Positions 28,878-39,278 of a stretch of DNA of 64,000 nt are shown in pieces. The number at the start of each line of letters is the position of its first letter. The stretch's first letter is position 1. A program made the translations under genes and the position numbers. The DNA is from Trueperaceae bacterium. GTDB lineage: Bacteria > Deinococcota > Deinococci > Deinococcales > Trueperaceae. Under the pieces are notes generated by a model. The model worked only from the letters and a program-made list of their open reading frames with translations. It was not told where the DNA came from and made no database searches. The stretch covers positions 896,001 through 960,000 of the forward strand of contig OZ243927.1 in assembly GCA_965213925.1 (NCBI GenBank), written 5' to 3'.

Positions 28878-31249
28878 CAGATCACCTCTCTAAATCCGAC
28901 CGTCTCTACCCTGCGCCGCAGTTCATCCCGCAGCCGCCGTGCCCAGGGAGCTTCCAACTTGGGGTCAGCCTCGAGCATCTTTTTAGCGAGTTCTCGAGAC
29001 TTCTCGATGATGTCCCCGTCCTGCGCTAAATCTCCCAACACGAGGTCCGGCATCCCCGACTGCCGCGTCCCGCGAATCTCACCGGGACCGCGCAGCTCTA
29101 GGTCTTTCTCCGCGATCACAAACCCGTCCGAGTGCTTTTCGATGACACCTAAGCGGTGTTGCGTCTTTTTAGAGCGGTCTCCCGCGACGAGTACACAAAA
29201 GCTCTCGTGCTCGCCCCGCCCGACGCGCCCGCGAAGCTGGTGAAGCTGCGAAAGTCCGAAGCGTTCGGCGTTTTCGATGATCATCAAGCTCGCGTTTGGG
29301 ATGTCCACACCGACCTCGATAACGGTGGTCGAAACTAAGAGGTCGAATTCGCGGCGGCGAAAGCGCTCCATGATCTCGTCTTTTTCGACACCTGTCATCT
29401 TGCCGTGGAGCATCTCGGTGCGGCAGGCTTGAGGCATGATCTGCTGCAAGTCCTCGAACATCTGCGTGGTCGAGACGATGTTGTCTAGCGCCTCGCTCTC
29501 TTCGATAAGTGGCGTAACGAGGTAGACCTGTCGCCCCTTTTGAATCTCGCCCCAGGCGAAGCGGTAGACCTCTCTACGCTTGGAGTCGTTCACCAGGCGC
29601 GTCTTGACGCCTTTACGCCCCGGCGGGAGTTCGTCGATAATGGAAAGCTCGAGGTCGCCGTAATAGGTCAGCGCCAAAGAGCGGGGGATGGGCGTCGCGC
29701 TCATCACCATCACGTCGGGGAGGTTGCCCAAAAGCTTGCGCCGCTGCTCCACGCCGAAGCGGTGCTCCTCGTCAATCACCGCGAGTCCGAGGTTGCGAAA
29801 GTCCACGCCCTCCTGAATGAGCGCGTGCGTCCCGACGGCTAAATCCGTCTGCGAGGAGCGCAACCTGTCCCGCGCCGCGTTGCGCTCTTTCAAGCTCGCC
29901 GAGCCGATGAAGAGGTCGCTCTCGACGCCTAGCGGGTAGAGGTACTGAATCAAATTGAGGTAGTGCTGCCGCGCCAAGATTTCAGTAGGAGCCATCAGCG
30001 CGGCTTGGTAGCCGTTCTGAATCGCCACGTAAATCGCCGCCGCCGCCACCGCCGTTTTCCCCGAGCCGACATCGCCCTGGAGGAGCCGCGCCATCTGCTT
30101 AGGGTTTTTCATGTCGGCGCTGATTTCGTCCAGCACGCGCTTTTGCGCTTTAGTGAATTTGAAGGGTAAGCTCTTCTCGAAGGTTTGCAAGTCCTTTTTC
30201 AATACCTTGAAGGTTTTGCCTAAGAGCGTCGTGTCGCGGTTTAGGAGGACGCGCAGCTCGAGAAACAAAAACTCGTCAAACTTAAGCCGGCGCAAGGCAG
30301 CTTGGAGCGGTTTTTCTCCCGTGGGTAGATGGATTTCGCGCAGAGCTGTATCTAAAGGAATGAGGGTGTAACGCTCCAGCACGCTCTTTGGCAAATGGTC
30401 GGGGATAACGGTTAGAGCGTCCAGCAAACGGTGTGCCGCGCGCCGCAAGTACGCTTGCGAAAGCCCTTGCGTCGTGCCATAAAGACCGACGATACGCCCC
30501 GTCGAGAGGCTCTCGCCCTCTTCGTCAATCTCGTGATGCGCCGCTGCTAAGTCTATATAGCGACCTTTTTTCTTAACTTTGCCTGTAACGATAATCCTCT
30601 GACCGGGGAAGAGCTGCTTTTCCAACCACGGTTGATTAAACCAAACAACGGTAAGTTTTGCGCCTAAAGCATCCTCCAAAAACGCCCGCACCACCATCAT
30701 TCCGCGCTTGCTCTTCGTCGCCTTGCGCCCGGTGATGACGCCCGAGACAGTAGCCGACTCGTCGTCTTGCAGCGCGGAAAAGGTCGGCAAGACGCGGCGG
30801 TCTTCGTAGCGTTTGGGGTAGTGGTACAAGAGGTCGCGGTAAGTTTTTAAGCCCACCGTGGCGAGTTTTTTAGGGGCTTGTGCGCCGAAGTCTACGAGTT
30901 TCTCCGCGATGTCTTTGTCTAAGTCGTCGCTACTTAGCGTATCGCTCGAGCCTCTTCCAATCTCCTTGAGAGGTGGCGGGTCAGGCGCGGGCGCAGGACT
31001 TTGTGATCGTGCTTGGGGTTGTGCGCCAACCTCTAACATTCCCAGGGCTTGCTCCAAGCGCTCCAAGCGCTCCTCCGGCGTGAGACTGCTGTAGCCGTTC
31101 ATCACACTGCGAACGTCGGTAAAGGGTGCGCCCACCGTGGCGACGAGCTTTTCCAAGCCGCCCACGACCACCGAATCTTGACAGCCGCTCCTGAGTTCGC
31201 GCTCTAAGGGGCGTCTAAGTCTGCTGCGCAGTTCCTCAACCGTTGCCAC
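28877..31249 (-). CDS. recG: ATP-dependent DNA helicase RecG
   Basis: QGDVGSGKT, DEEHRFGV, SATPIPR, QLRGRVGR, wedge domain. Confidence 0.97.
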   Translation of the reverse strand: MATVEELRSRLRRPLERELRSGCQDSVVVGGLEKLVATVGAPFTDVRSVMNGYSSLTPEERLERLEQALGMLEVGAQPQARSQSPAPAPDPPPLKEIGRGSSDTLSSDDLDKDIAEKLVDFGAQAPKKLATVGLKTYRDLLYHYPKRYEDRRVLPTFSALQDDESATVSGVITGRKATKSKRGMMVVRAFLEDALGAKLTVVWFNQPWLEKQLFPGQRIIVTGKVKKKGRYIDLAAAHHEIDEEGESLSTGRIVGLYGTTQGLSQAYLRRAAHRLLDALTVIPDHLPKSVLERYTLIPLDTALREIHLPTGEKPLQAALRRLKFDEFLFLELRVLLNRDTTLLGKTFKVLKKDLQTFEKSLPFKFTKAQKRVLDEISADMKNPKQMARLLQGDVGSGKTAVAAAAIYVAIQNGYQAALMAPTEILARQHYLNLIQYLYPLGVESDLFIGSASLKERNAARDRLRSSQTDLAVGTHALIQEGVDFRNLGLAVIDEEHRFGVEQRRKLLGNLPDVMVMSATPIPRSLALTYYGDLELSIIDELPPGRKGVKTRLVNDSKRREVYRFAWGEIQKGRQVYLVTPLIEESEALDNIVSTTQMFEDLQQIMPQACRTEMLHGKMTGVEKDEIMERFRRREFDLLVSTTVIEVGVDIPNASLMIIENAERFGLSQLHQLRGRVGRGEHESFCVLVAGDRSKKTQHRLGVIEKHSDGFVIAEKDLELRGPGEIRGTRQSGMPDLVLGDLAQDGDIIEKSRELAKKMLEADPKLEAPWARRLRDELRRRVETVGFREVI

Positions 31250-31511
31250 GTGTTTTATTGTACCTGCTGAACCGAAACTTACTAAGACTTAGGCTCACTC
31301 GGACACCTTAGGTACTGTATTATCCATACTAAGTGCTTCGGCTTCGAAAACCTAAACCATTTCAGAAAGGTTTTTTGAGACGAACTTCGCTGGCGTTCTC
31401 CAGTCCAGGTCATTTCGGTGCACCCACTTAATGTATTTTTCCTAAGTGCAGAGGACAAAAACCTACGGGTCACTGCCTCTAGGGAGGAATGTAACAGCTA
31501 GTGTTCGCTCA

Positions 31512-31904
31512 CTACCGCGCATCAAAGTCGAGATGGAGCGCTCTCTTAGTGAGGATGTCCTGACCTAAGCGGATAAGGACAGTGCGCTCGGGTGGATAGT
31601 CGATGAAGAGGTCGCCTTGAACATAAGTTGATACATTCTCAAACGCTTCCCCGAGAAAGTGGATAGAAGGTACTAAGCACTGCTCGAGCGTCATCCCTCC
31701 TAGTGCTCCGCGAGATTGGACGGTCCCCCGCTTCGGGTACGTGGTTGCGTAGGCGCTCAGCAGCGTTAACTGGCTCGCGCCCGTATCTACGAAAGCGTAC
31801 CCGGTGTACTCTCCAATACGAATAGGCGCGAACATCTGCAACCTATAAATGAAGAACGAAGTATCAGGCATACGCAACCCTCCTACCTCTACTTTACGAC
31901 GCAC
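31512..31904 (-). pseudogene. retropepsin-like aspartyl protease, probably truncated
   Basis: FVDTGAS and LGQD motifs; downstream sequence is stop-ridden. Confidence 0.5.
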
Positions 31905-31993
31905 CGAAAAGGGCGAGAGGTTGCTCTCTCGCCTAGAATGACCATCACCAAAATGACCATCACAAAATGACCATCAATCGTCAAGTCAAGAGG

Positions 31994-33814
31994 TTAGTCC
32001 GCCGCCACCGCCTCTGGCCCTACCTCCGGCCCCGCGTTCGTCTGCCGCAAGGTCAACTCGGGGATGAAGAGCGTCACAAGCCAAGCGATCGCCACGATGA
32101 AGATGCTGTAGAAGTAAATCCGGGTAATCGCGGTGGTAAAGGCTTGCTTCGTCGCCCTCGTAACTTGAGCGCTCACTTGCGCCGCTTGCTCATCGAAGGT
32201 CGTTCTGAGCTGCGCTAAAAAGCCCTCTGTCGCTTGCGGATTGCCCATCACCTGACTTGCGCCTTGTTGAATGCCCGCTTGCGCTTCGGGCGGAAGCGGA
32301 CTGTTCGCCAAAACCTCTCCCAAGGCTTGACTGTTCCCTTGCTGCACCGCCTGAGTAATCGCCTGATACTGCTGGTCGAACGAAGTCTGAATCGTCTCGG
32401 CGGTGTTCGCGCCGCCCGTCGAGCCTAATCGCTCTGCTGAACTCGAGACGCTCCCCGGTCCTGCGTTACCCGGCAGGTCAAGATTTGCAAAGGACGCCGC
32501 CAACGTCGTCGCTAAGACCGTCCCCATAATCGCCGCGCCTACCGTCCCGCCAATCTGCCTAAAAAACTGGCTGGACGAGGTTGCTTGACCGATCCTGCGC
32601 ACGTCCACCGCGTTTTGAATCGCTAAGGTGTAAAGCGGTAGCGAGGGACCCAAACCGAGCCCGCACACAATCATGTAGAGCGTGACTTGCCAGTAGGGGA
32701 TGTCGGGGGACATGCTCGAGAGCAAGTACGTCCCGAGGATCAGCACCGCCCCGCCAAGAAGCATCAAGCGGCGGTAGTGACCGAACTTCGAGACGAGTTG
32801 CCCCGAGACGATCGCCCCGAAGACCAGCCCGAGCGAGAGCGGAATGAGGCTCACCCCGGCGCTCGTCGCGGAGACACCGACAACGTTCACCATAAAGAGC
32901 GGCAAGAAGATGAGGATGCTTAAAAAGCCCGCGCCGAAGAAGAAGAGCGCCAAGTTCGCGGTGCTAAAGACTTTATTCTTGAAGAGCGAGAGGTCTAAAA
33001 TCGGATTTTTCTCGCGCAGTGAGCGGAACACGAACAAGGTGAGGGAGATAGCGGCGACGGCGAAGAGCGACAACGTCACCCCACCGCTCCAGGGATAAAG
33101 CGTTTTATCCAATTGCAGCGCCAAAATAAAGGGCACGAGTCCGGCGATGAGCAAGAAGGCGGAGAGGTAGCTTAAAGGTTGCTTTTCGCCAGCGGGCTCG
33201 AGCTTAGGCATCTTGGTGATAATGAACCAGAGCGCCAGTGCCCCAAACGGCACGTTCACATAAAAAACCCAGCGCCACCCGGCGATACCAGGGATGATCG
33301 AGCCGCCGTAGTCCGTTAAAAAGCCGCCGATGAGTGGTCCCAACACGCTCGCAATCCCAAAAGTCGCCCCGACGAAGCCCTGATACTTGCCGCGCACCGA
33401 AGGCGGGTAAAGGTCAGCGATGATGATAAACGCCATGCCCAAGAGCCCCGCGCCGCCCAAGCCCTGAATCGCCCGAAAGATGATGAGCTGATTCATGCCG
33501 TCGCCGAGGAGTGGTAGCGGCCCGAACTCGCCCGCTAAGCCGCACAAGAATGAGCCCGTCAAAAAGATTCCGATAGCCCAGAGTTCGATCCGTTTGCGCG
33601 AGACCATATCCGAGAGCTTGCCGTAAATTGGCACGAGCACCGTCGAGGCGAGCAGGTAAGAGGTCGCCACCCAAGCGTAGCGGCTCACGCCCTGCAAGTC
33701 TTCGACGATTTTGGGGAGCGCTGTCGAGACGATGGTTTGGTCTAATGCGCCTAAAAAGAGCGCCAACAAAATACCGATGAGGGTAAAATTTTTGTCTCTC
33801 GCTGATAAGTTCAT
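31994..33814 (-). CDS. DHA2 (EmrB/QacA) MFS drug efflux transporter
   Basis: LDQTIVSTALP, YGKLSD, WRWVFYVNVP, 14 TM. Confidence 0.95.
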   Translation of the reverse strand: MNLSARDKNFTLIGILLALFLGALDQTIVSTALPKIVEDLQGVSRYAWVATSYLLASTVLVPIYGKLSDMVSRKRIELWAIGIFLTGSFLCGLAGEFGPLPLLGDGMNQLIIFRAIQGLGGAGLLGMAFIIIADLYPPSVRGKYQGFVGATFGIASVLGPLIGGFLTDYGGSIIPGIAGWRWVFYVNVPFGALALWFIITKMPKLEPAGEKQPLSYLSAFLLIAGLVPFILALQLDKTLYPWSGGVTLSLFAVAAISLTLFVFRSLREKNPILDLSLFKNKVFSTANLALFFFGAGFLSILIFLPLFMVNVVGVSATSAGVSLIPLSLGLVFGAIVSGQLVSKFGHYRRLMLLGGAVLILGTYLLSSMSPDIPYWQVTLYMIVCGLGLGPSLPLYTLAIQNAVDVRRIGQATSSSQFFRQIGGTVGAAIMGTVLATTLAASFANLDLPGNAGPGSVSSSAERLGSTGGANTAETIQTSFDQQYQAITQAVQQGNSQALGEVLANSPLPPEAQAGIQQGASQVMGNPQATEGFLAQLRTTFDEQAAQVSAQVTRATKQAFTTAITRIYFYSIFIVAIAWLVTLFIPELTLRQTNAGPEVGPEAVAAD

Positions 33815-34248
33815 GTGGTCTCCTGTGTGCGTTTTTGCGCGATAGTTTCTAAAGAGCGAATCATGATGGCGGCGTCCGTTTGGGAGAGTGTGGCGAGAAG
33901 ACGCCCTACCTCTTCGTCCAATGTTTTTTGAGCTTGGCTCGAGACCTCTTGACCCTTAGCGGTCAAACTCAGCACCCGCCGCCGCGCGTCGCTCGGGTCG
34001 AGGCTGCGCCGAATAAGCCCGCCCTTCTCCAGAGCGCCTATCTTGCGCGAGATGTTGTGAGCCGGAATCTGCATCGCCTCGGCGATCTCTGACGGGCTCA
34101 TATCCGTGTTGCCGATTTGCTCCAAAAGCATCACTTCCAAGAAGTCAACGCCATGTTCTTCACGCACACGTGGGTTGACCTGACTGATAATCTGTTGACG
34201 TAACTGCCAAAAGCTGTGGATAAACCGCCGACTGTCGATAAGGGTCAT
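33811..34248 (-). CDS. MarR family regulator
   Basis: LEKGGLIRR..DPSDARRRVLSLT; RBS-like GGAG before ATG 34248; coupled to the MFS gene. Confidence 0.9.
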   Translation of the reverse strand: MTLIDSRRFIHSFWQLRQQIISQVNPRVREEHGVDFLEVMLLEQIGNTDMSPSEIAEAMQIPAHNISRKIGALEKGGLIRRSLDPSDARRRVLSLTAKGQEVSSQAQKTLDEEVGRLLATLSQTDAAIMIRSLETIAQKRTQETT

Positions 34249-34268
34249 CTCCGCTCCATCACCTCCTA

Positions 34269-34379
34269 TAGCAGGTATCATCTGGTTTGAGACACGCTCA
34301 CTTTTGAGAACATTGCGCAGCACGCACGTTCTGGGATGATACCTGCGCCCATCCGTCTCAGTATGTTTTGGAACTGCTG
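34269..34379. repeat. MITE-like element (related longer copy at 62340-62560)
   Basis: Shared ends TAGCAGGTATCATCTGGTTTGAG and GTCTCAGTATGYYTTGGAACTGCTG. Confidence 0.7.
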
Positions 34380-34503
34380 CTTTATGCATTGCTGCTAGAC
34401 GCAATACTTGCACAACGCAAATACTACACCTTGCAAATTTAAGGTGTGTAGGGCGGCTGACAAAGTTAAAGCGTAGTGCTTGGAGTTTGTTGAATGGCAG
34501 TTA

Positions 34504-34559
34504 TCAGTAGTCAGAATTCAGTAGCTTCCCACACGCTGACTACTGAATTCTGACTACTG
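34504..34559. repeat. palindrome built of 7-nt units (TCAGTAG/TCAGAAT)
   Basis: CAGTAGTCAGAATTCAGTAG ... CTACTGAATTCTGACTACTG. Confidence 0.6.
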
Positions 34560-34608
34560 CTTTATCCTTGTTTTACTCGAGACCTCTTCAAATCTTAAAA
34601 ACCAGCCG

Positions 34609-35082
34609 CTACACCAACGCCTTCTCACTTAAAATAATACCGTCCTCGTCCGCATAGACGAAGAACCCAGGCTGCCACAGCACGCCGCCAAAATTGATAA
34701 TCGGATTGCGCATCCCCTCGCCTTTTTTGTTGCTCTTTTTAGGATGCGGCGCGAGCGCAAGCACACCCACGTCCAACTCGGCAAGCTCCGCGCTGTCGCG
34801 CACACAACCATTGATGATGACGCCGGGGAGACCGCGAGAGACCGCAATCCCCCCTAAACGGTCCCCCATGAGCGCACAGTTCAGCGAGCCGCCCCCGTCT
34901 ACGACGATGACGGTTCCTTCAGCGACAGAGTTTAACGCCTCCTCGTATAAGACGTTATCCTCGAACAAGCTCACCGTGTGAATCGGACCGTGAAATTTGG
35001 TGCGCCCGCCGAAGTTGCGGAAGATGGGGGCGCAGTATTGAAGGTTGCTGTTGTCGTCGCTGAGGTCTGTGGTGTGGAACAT
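34609..35082 (-). CDS. rraA: RraA family protein (HMG aldolase / RNase E regulator)
   Basis: TTDLSD, FEDN, VVDGGGS..CAL.GD, GCVRD, AD.DG. Confidence 0.92.
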   Translation of the reverse strand: MFHTTDLSDDNSNLQYCAPIFRNFGGRTKFHGPIHTVSLFEDNVLYEEALNSVAEGTVIVVDGGGSLNCALMGDRLGGIAVSRGLPGVIINGCVRDSAELAELDVGVLALAPHPKKSNKKGEGMRNPIINFGGVLWQPGFFVYADEDGIILSEKALV

Positions 35083-35133
35083 GCTTAGACTTTACCCCTT
35101 AAAGAGGGGACGTGGATACTTCTCGAGAGGTGA

Positions 35134-35190
35134 CGAGCAACGAGCAATGAGTCTAAAGATTTTCACTCATTGCTCGGAACTCATTGCTTC
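35134..35190. repeat. dispersed heptamer-based palindromic repeat (second copy at 37861-37930)
   Basis: GAGCAATGAGTCTAAA...TTTCACTCATTGCTCG...AACTCATTGCTTC in both. Confidence 0.75.
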
Positions 35191-35290
35191 CTTTCGTGCT
35201 AGAGTGCTCAGCAGAAAGCAGGTGTTTTGATGATTGAGTGCCTTCACAACCAGCAGCCTTTGACGTTTCACTCAATTAGAGGAGCACACC

Positions 35291-36217
35291 TTGCTTATTC
35301 GCAATATTGCAGAACAGGACTACCCCCAAGTAGCAAAGATTCATAACGCCCAAAACGAACCTCATTTTCAGACCACGCCCGAGCAGATGCAGCGCTCAGA
35401 TGAGGCGTTTCGGCGCAGTGACCCGCATTGTCGGCGCTACGTTGCCGAAAAGGACGGTGAGGTCATCGCAACAGGGTATCTCACGCCGACTTGGGCGGGG
35501 TCAACCGTTTCAGGGCGCGCGTGGACGGGTGTTACGACTCGAGCCGACCACCGCCACACAGGTGTAGATACGCGGGTGCTCGAGTACGCCCTAACCCATT
35601 CCGACTTATCCGCTAAAGAGGTCTGGAGCTGTGTCCGTGAGGACTTCGTGCCGATGTCGGGTTATCTGGAAGGGTTCATAGAACAGTTCCGCAGCTACGG
35701 CGGCGAGCTTGACCTCTCGCAGTTTGACGCTGCCGAGTTTTCACCTCTTACGAAGAGGTTGGAGGCAGAAGGCGTCACCATCAAACCTTACCCCGACCTC
35801 TCCGATGACGCTGAAAGAGACGAAAAACTCTTAGCTCTCCACGCTGAAACAGAAGCCGACGCCCCCTATCACGAGCCGATTATTCCCAAACATCATCCTG
35901 ACATTCATAGTCCTGAGATGAATCAGAGCAGCGTTTTTGTCGCTGTGCACGACAAGCAGTATGTTGGATACACGGGGCTCGAGGTGGACGGCAGAACAAC
36001 GACAGCCATCGCTTTTCTAGGCGTTTCACGCGCTTACCGCTACCGAGGGATTGGAACGGCGTTAGGGACCCTAGTCGCTGAGTTCGCTAAATCCAGCGGC
36101 TACACCGAACTCAACGCGGGCGGCGGCGCAAAGGAAAACGCCTCTATGCAGCGCGTCTTACGCAAGCTCAGTTTTGAGATTGAGCCTGAATGGGTGACGT
36201 TCTCGAGAAAGCTCTAG
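35291..36217 (+). CDS. tandem GNAT acetyltransferase
   Basis: Two GNAT domains (HRHTGV; GVSRAYRYRGIG; N.SM). Confidence 0.82.
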   Translation: MLIRNIAEQDYPQVAKIHNAQNEPHFQTTPEQMQRSDEAFRRSDPHCRRYVAEKDGEVIATGYLTPTWAGSTVSGRAWTGVTTRADHRHTGVDTRVLEYALTHSDLSAKEVWSCVREDFVPMSGYLEGFIEQFRSYGGELDLSQFDAAEFSPLTKRLEAEGVTIKPYPDLSDDAERDEKLLALHAETEADAPYHEPIIPKHHPDIHSPEMNQSSVFVAVHDKQYVGYTGLEVDGRTTTAIAFLGVSRAYRYRGIGTALGTLVAEFAKSSGYTELNAGGGAKENASMQRVLRKLSFEIEPEWVTFSRKL

Positions 36218-36262
36218 CTATCAACCTTCTGAAAGTTAAGCGGCACTAATCCGCAAGCTGAA

Positions 36263-36341
36263 AGAGAAAAGGACTGTTACGAAGTTTTTGCATGGTGAAA
36301 GGACTGAGATGCAAGGCTTTTCTCTCAGTCCTCAGTCCTTT
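36263..36341. repeat. dispersed palindromic repeat, copy of 12721-12797
   Basis: Direct sequence similarity. Confidence 0.8.
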
Positions 36342-36350
36342 CACCTGCTT

Positions 36351-37736
36351 TTACTTTTTCTTCTTATTCGCGATATGAATCGCCTCACCGTGCGCCGCCT
36401 CCGCCGCCTCCATGAAGCTCTCGGCGATGGTGGGGTGCGCGTGCTGCGTCAGCGAGATGTCGCCTAGCGTCGCGCCCATCTCGATGGCTAAGGCTGCTTC
36501 AGAGACCATGTCTCCCGCGCTCGGTCCGACCATGTGAAAGCCTAAAAGCTGGTCCGACTCTTCGTCGGCGATGACCTTAACGATGCCCTCGGTGACGCCT
36601 AACGTCATGGCGCGCCCGGAGGCTTGCATCGGGAAGCTGCCCACGATGACGTTGTGACCGGCGTCTTTCGCCTCCTGCTCGCTCATGCCGACGGACGCGA
36701 GTTCGGGGCTCGTGTAGACGACGCTCGGCACGATGGTGTCGTACGCGCTCGGTTTGCCGGAGGCGTGCTCGGCGGCGACCAAGCCCTCTTTCATCGCTTT
36801 ATGCGCCAAAAGGGGCGGACGCGCCACGTCGCCGATGGCGTAGATGTGCGGAACGTTGGTCTGCATGTGGTTGTTCGTGGGGATAAAGCCCTGCTCGACT
36901 TTGACGCCGATGTCCTCGAGCCCTAAGTTTTCCCCCCTCGGCTTGCGCCCAACCGCGACGAGAATCTTGTCCACGGTGATGGTCTCTTCGCCGTCTTCGG
37001 TCTCGAGCGTGACCTCCAGCCCTTCGTCCGTCTCCTTCTGGCTCGTCGCCTTCGCGCCCGTCTTAATGTTGATACCGCGCTTCTCGAACGACTTGCGCAG
37101 CTCCTTTGCCGCGTCGGGGTCGGAGGTGGGGACGATCTGGTCCATGAGTTCGACGACGGTGACTTCGGAGCCTAGCGCGTTGTAGATGTCCGAAAACTCC
37201 AAGCCGATGGCGCTGCCGCCGATGGCTAGAAAGCGCTCCGGCACTTCGGAGACCAGAAGCGCACCCGTCGAATTGACGATCGTCTCGCCGTTCGTCTCAA
37301 AGCCGGGAATCTCGATAGGCTCCGAGCCCGTCGCTACGATAATCTTCTCCGCCGTGACAGTCTTATCGCCTACCTCGACCGTATTCTCGTCCTTGAACTT
37401 CGCTGTGCCCTCAATCAGTTCGACTTTGTTGCCCTTAAACAAGCTGCGCACGCCGCCCGTGAGCTTCTTAACGACGCTGCCTTTCCACTTATCCAGGGCT
37501 TTAAGGTCAATCTCCGGCTCGCCAAACTTAATGCCAAACTCCTCCGCGTGCTTCGCCTCGCGCAAGTCGTCGGCAACGTGCAGGAGCGCTTTGGTTGGAA
37601 TGCAGCCGACATTTAAGCACACGCCCCCCACATACTCCTGCTCCACGCACGCCACTTTCATCCCGAGCTGCGCCGCGCGAATCGCCGCGTGGTAGCCGCC
37701 CGGTCCCGAGCCGATAATCAGTAGTTCGTAGTCCAT
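36351..37736 (-). CDS. lpdA: dihydrolipoyl dehydrogenase
   Basis: GSGPGG, GGVCLNVGCIPTK, HAHPT..E; start at MDYELL. Confidence 0.96.
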   Translation of the reverse strand: MDYELLIIGSGPGGYHAAIRAAQLGMKVACVEQEYVGGVCLNVGCIPTKALLHVADDLREAKHAEEFGIKFGEPEIDLKALDKWKGSVVKKLTGGVRSLFKGNKVELIEGTAKFKDENTVEVGDKTVTAEKIIVATGSEPIEIPGFETNGETIVNSTGALLVSEVPERFLAIGGSAIGLEFSDIYNALGSEVTVVELMDQIVPTSDPDAAKELRKSFEKRGINIKTGAKATSQKETDEGLEVTLETEDGEETITVDKILVAVGRKPRGENLGLEDIGVKVEQGFIPTNNHMQTNVPHIYAIGDVARPPLLAHKAMKEGLVAAEHASGKPSAYDTIVPSVVYTSPELASVGMSEQEAKDAGHNVIVGSFPMQASGRAMTLGVTEGIVKVIADEESDQLLGFHMVGPSAGDMVSEAALAIEMGATLGDISLTQHAHPTIAESFMEAAEAAHGEAIHIANKKKK

Positions 37737-37860
37737 ATTGGTCCTCTCTGAGACTAGGTTCGTGGTTCTTTTAACCTCTTTAGTGTACCTTGCAAGTAGC
37801 GTTGAGACTTCATCTGTGTTTACGAAAGGAAGCAGTGAGGAGAAAAGAAGCCATGGGTAC

Positions 37861-37930
37861 CGAGCAATGAGCAATGAGTCTAAAATCCTTGAATTTCACT
37901 CATTGCTCGTTGCTTTCAACTCATTGCTTC
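37861..37930. repeat. dispersed repeat, copy of 35134-35190
   Basis: Direct sequence similarity. Confidence 0.75.
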
Positions 37931-37979
37931 TGTCCGCTACCCCCTAGTCCCTCACGCCAAAACGCGCCACACTAGCGCT

Positions 37980-38549
37980 ATGTTCTCCCTCCGCCAACCC
38001 TCCGAACACGAGATGCGCACCTTTTTAGCTCAGCAGAGCGCCGAACCCTTCTCCTATGATGACATCGGCATGTCGCAAGAGGACAGCGTACCTGATAAAT
38101 ACGCCGTTGACCGCTACCGCGTCAAACTCGGTGAGGGGAAAGAGGTGTTTGAGCGTGCGGTAGAAGCGGTGCGCACCTGGAAGTCTTATCCGAGCGCCTG
38201 GATGACGCTCTACCCGCCGAACGTGCCGATTAAAGAGGGAGTGTCCGTGGGGATTCTCGCACATTTGCCTTTCGTGTGGGTCAAAAGCGCGGTGAGAGTC
38301 GTTTACGTCGTTGACGATAAGCGGCGCTACTGTTTCGCGCTTGGTACGCTGTCCAAGCACGTCGAGAGCGGCGAGGAGCGTTTTTTGGTGGAGTGGCTCT
38401 CAGACGACTCGGTCTGGTACGAGGTCTTCGCGGTTTCTAAGCCGAAGCACCCGCTCGCGAGGCTGGGTCACCCGTTTGCGCGGCTCGTCCAAAAGAAGTT
38501 TGGGCGCGACTCGAAGGAAGAGGTCAGGGCGTTCGTCCAGTCTTCATGA
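37980..38549 (+). CDS. DUF1990 family protein
   Basis: FSY, LG.G.EVFERA, GTL..HVESGEERF. Confidence 0.85.
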   Translation: MFSLRQPSEHEMRTFLAQQSAEPFSYDDIGMSQEDSVPDKYAVDRYRVKLGEGKEVFERAVEAVRTWKSYPSAWMTLYPPNVPIKEGVSVGILAHLPFVWVKSAVRVVYVVDDKRRYCFALGTLSKHVESGEERFLVEWLSDDSVWYEVFAVSKPKHPLARLGHPFARLVQKKFGRDSKEEVRAFVQSS

Positions 38550-38574
38550 CCCAAGTTTGTCGTAAACTGAAGAG

Positions 38575-38793
38575 GTGGTTGACAAACGAGGCAAGCTAGA
38601 AGGGGAGCCTTTCTCCTATCAGGCGGGTAAAGACACCCTCTTTATCTTTTGGGAGGGTAGGCGCGTGAAAATCTTCAAAGGGAAAGAGGCGAAGAGGGTG
38701 GCGGGAAGGCTCGAGCAATCCACCCCTCAAAACGCTCAGCTCATCATGGCGAAACTCACCGGCAATTTCAAACGCGGCAACGAGCGCAGCTAA
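38575..38793 (+). CDS. small conserved hypothetical protein
   Basis: 72 aa ending AQL.MAKLTGNFKRGNER; fits in operon. Confidence 0.7.
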   Translation: MVDKRGKLEGEPFSYQAGKDTLFIFWEGRRVKIFKGKEAKRVAGRLEQSTPQNAQLIMAKLTGNFKRGNERS

Positions 38794-38804
38794 GAGGTTC
38801 TTGG

Positions 38805-39269
38805 ATGACGCGCATCATCACCTTCAAAAATAGCCTCCTGATTGACCGTCCCTGCGAAGAGGTCTTCACCTTCATCACGGACTTTCGCAACATGCCCAAG
38901 TGGAACTACCATGTGCTCACTGTCAATAAACTCTCGGGGCGCGTGAGCAAGACCGGCACGGTTTACCGCCAAGTGCGTAAAACGGATACGCAAGACTACG
39001 AGGTTGTCGAATACAGCCCGAACCGCGCTGTTACCGTCGAAACGTTGCCACCTGCGCGGATGCTCAAGATGCGCTTCACGTTTGTAGAAACGAACGGCAG
39101 CACGAAACTTACCGACGAGTGGACGCTTGGCGGCGCGTCGCTAGGGCTTTTCAAAGGGTTTGCCGAGCGCAAGGTTAAAGGGGCGGTGGCGGAGAATTTG
39201 CTGAAGCTCAAGGTGCTGTTGGAGACGGGGTATGTGCGGTTGCAAGATGGGCGAGAGGTTTATTTGTGA
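38805..39269 (+). CDS. SRPBCC/polyketide cyclase family protein
   Basis: IDRP.EEVF.F..DF.N.PKW. Confidence 0.85.
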   Translation: MTRIITFKNSLLIDRPCEEVFTFITDFRNMPKWNYHVLTVNKLSGRVSKTGTVYRQVRKTDTQDYEVVEYSPNRAVTVETLPPARMLKMRFTFVETNGSTKLTDEWTLGGASLGLFKGFAERKVKGAVAENLLKLKVLLETGYVRLQDGREVYL

Positions 39270-39278
39270 GGTCTGAAC

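Noticed and set aside
31937..31978. Three AATGACCATCA tandem units after the MFS gene
   Set aside because: Short slippage repeat beside a hairpin; no further structure.
37737..37874. N-terminal extension of lpdA (likewise marR 34249-34413 and hxlR 39663-39704)
   Set aside because: The extensions run through intergenic repeats or an IS end; downstream ATGs fit the families.
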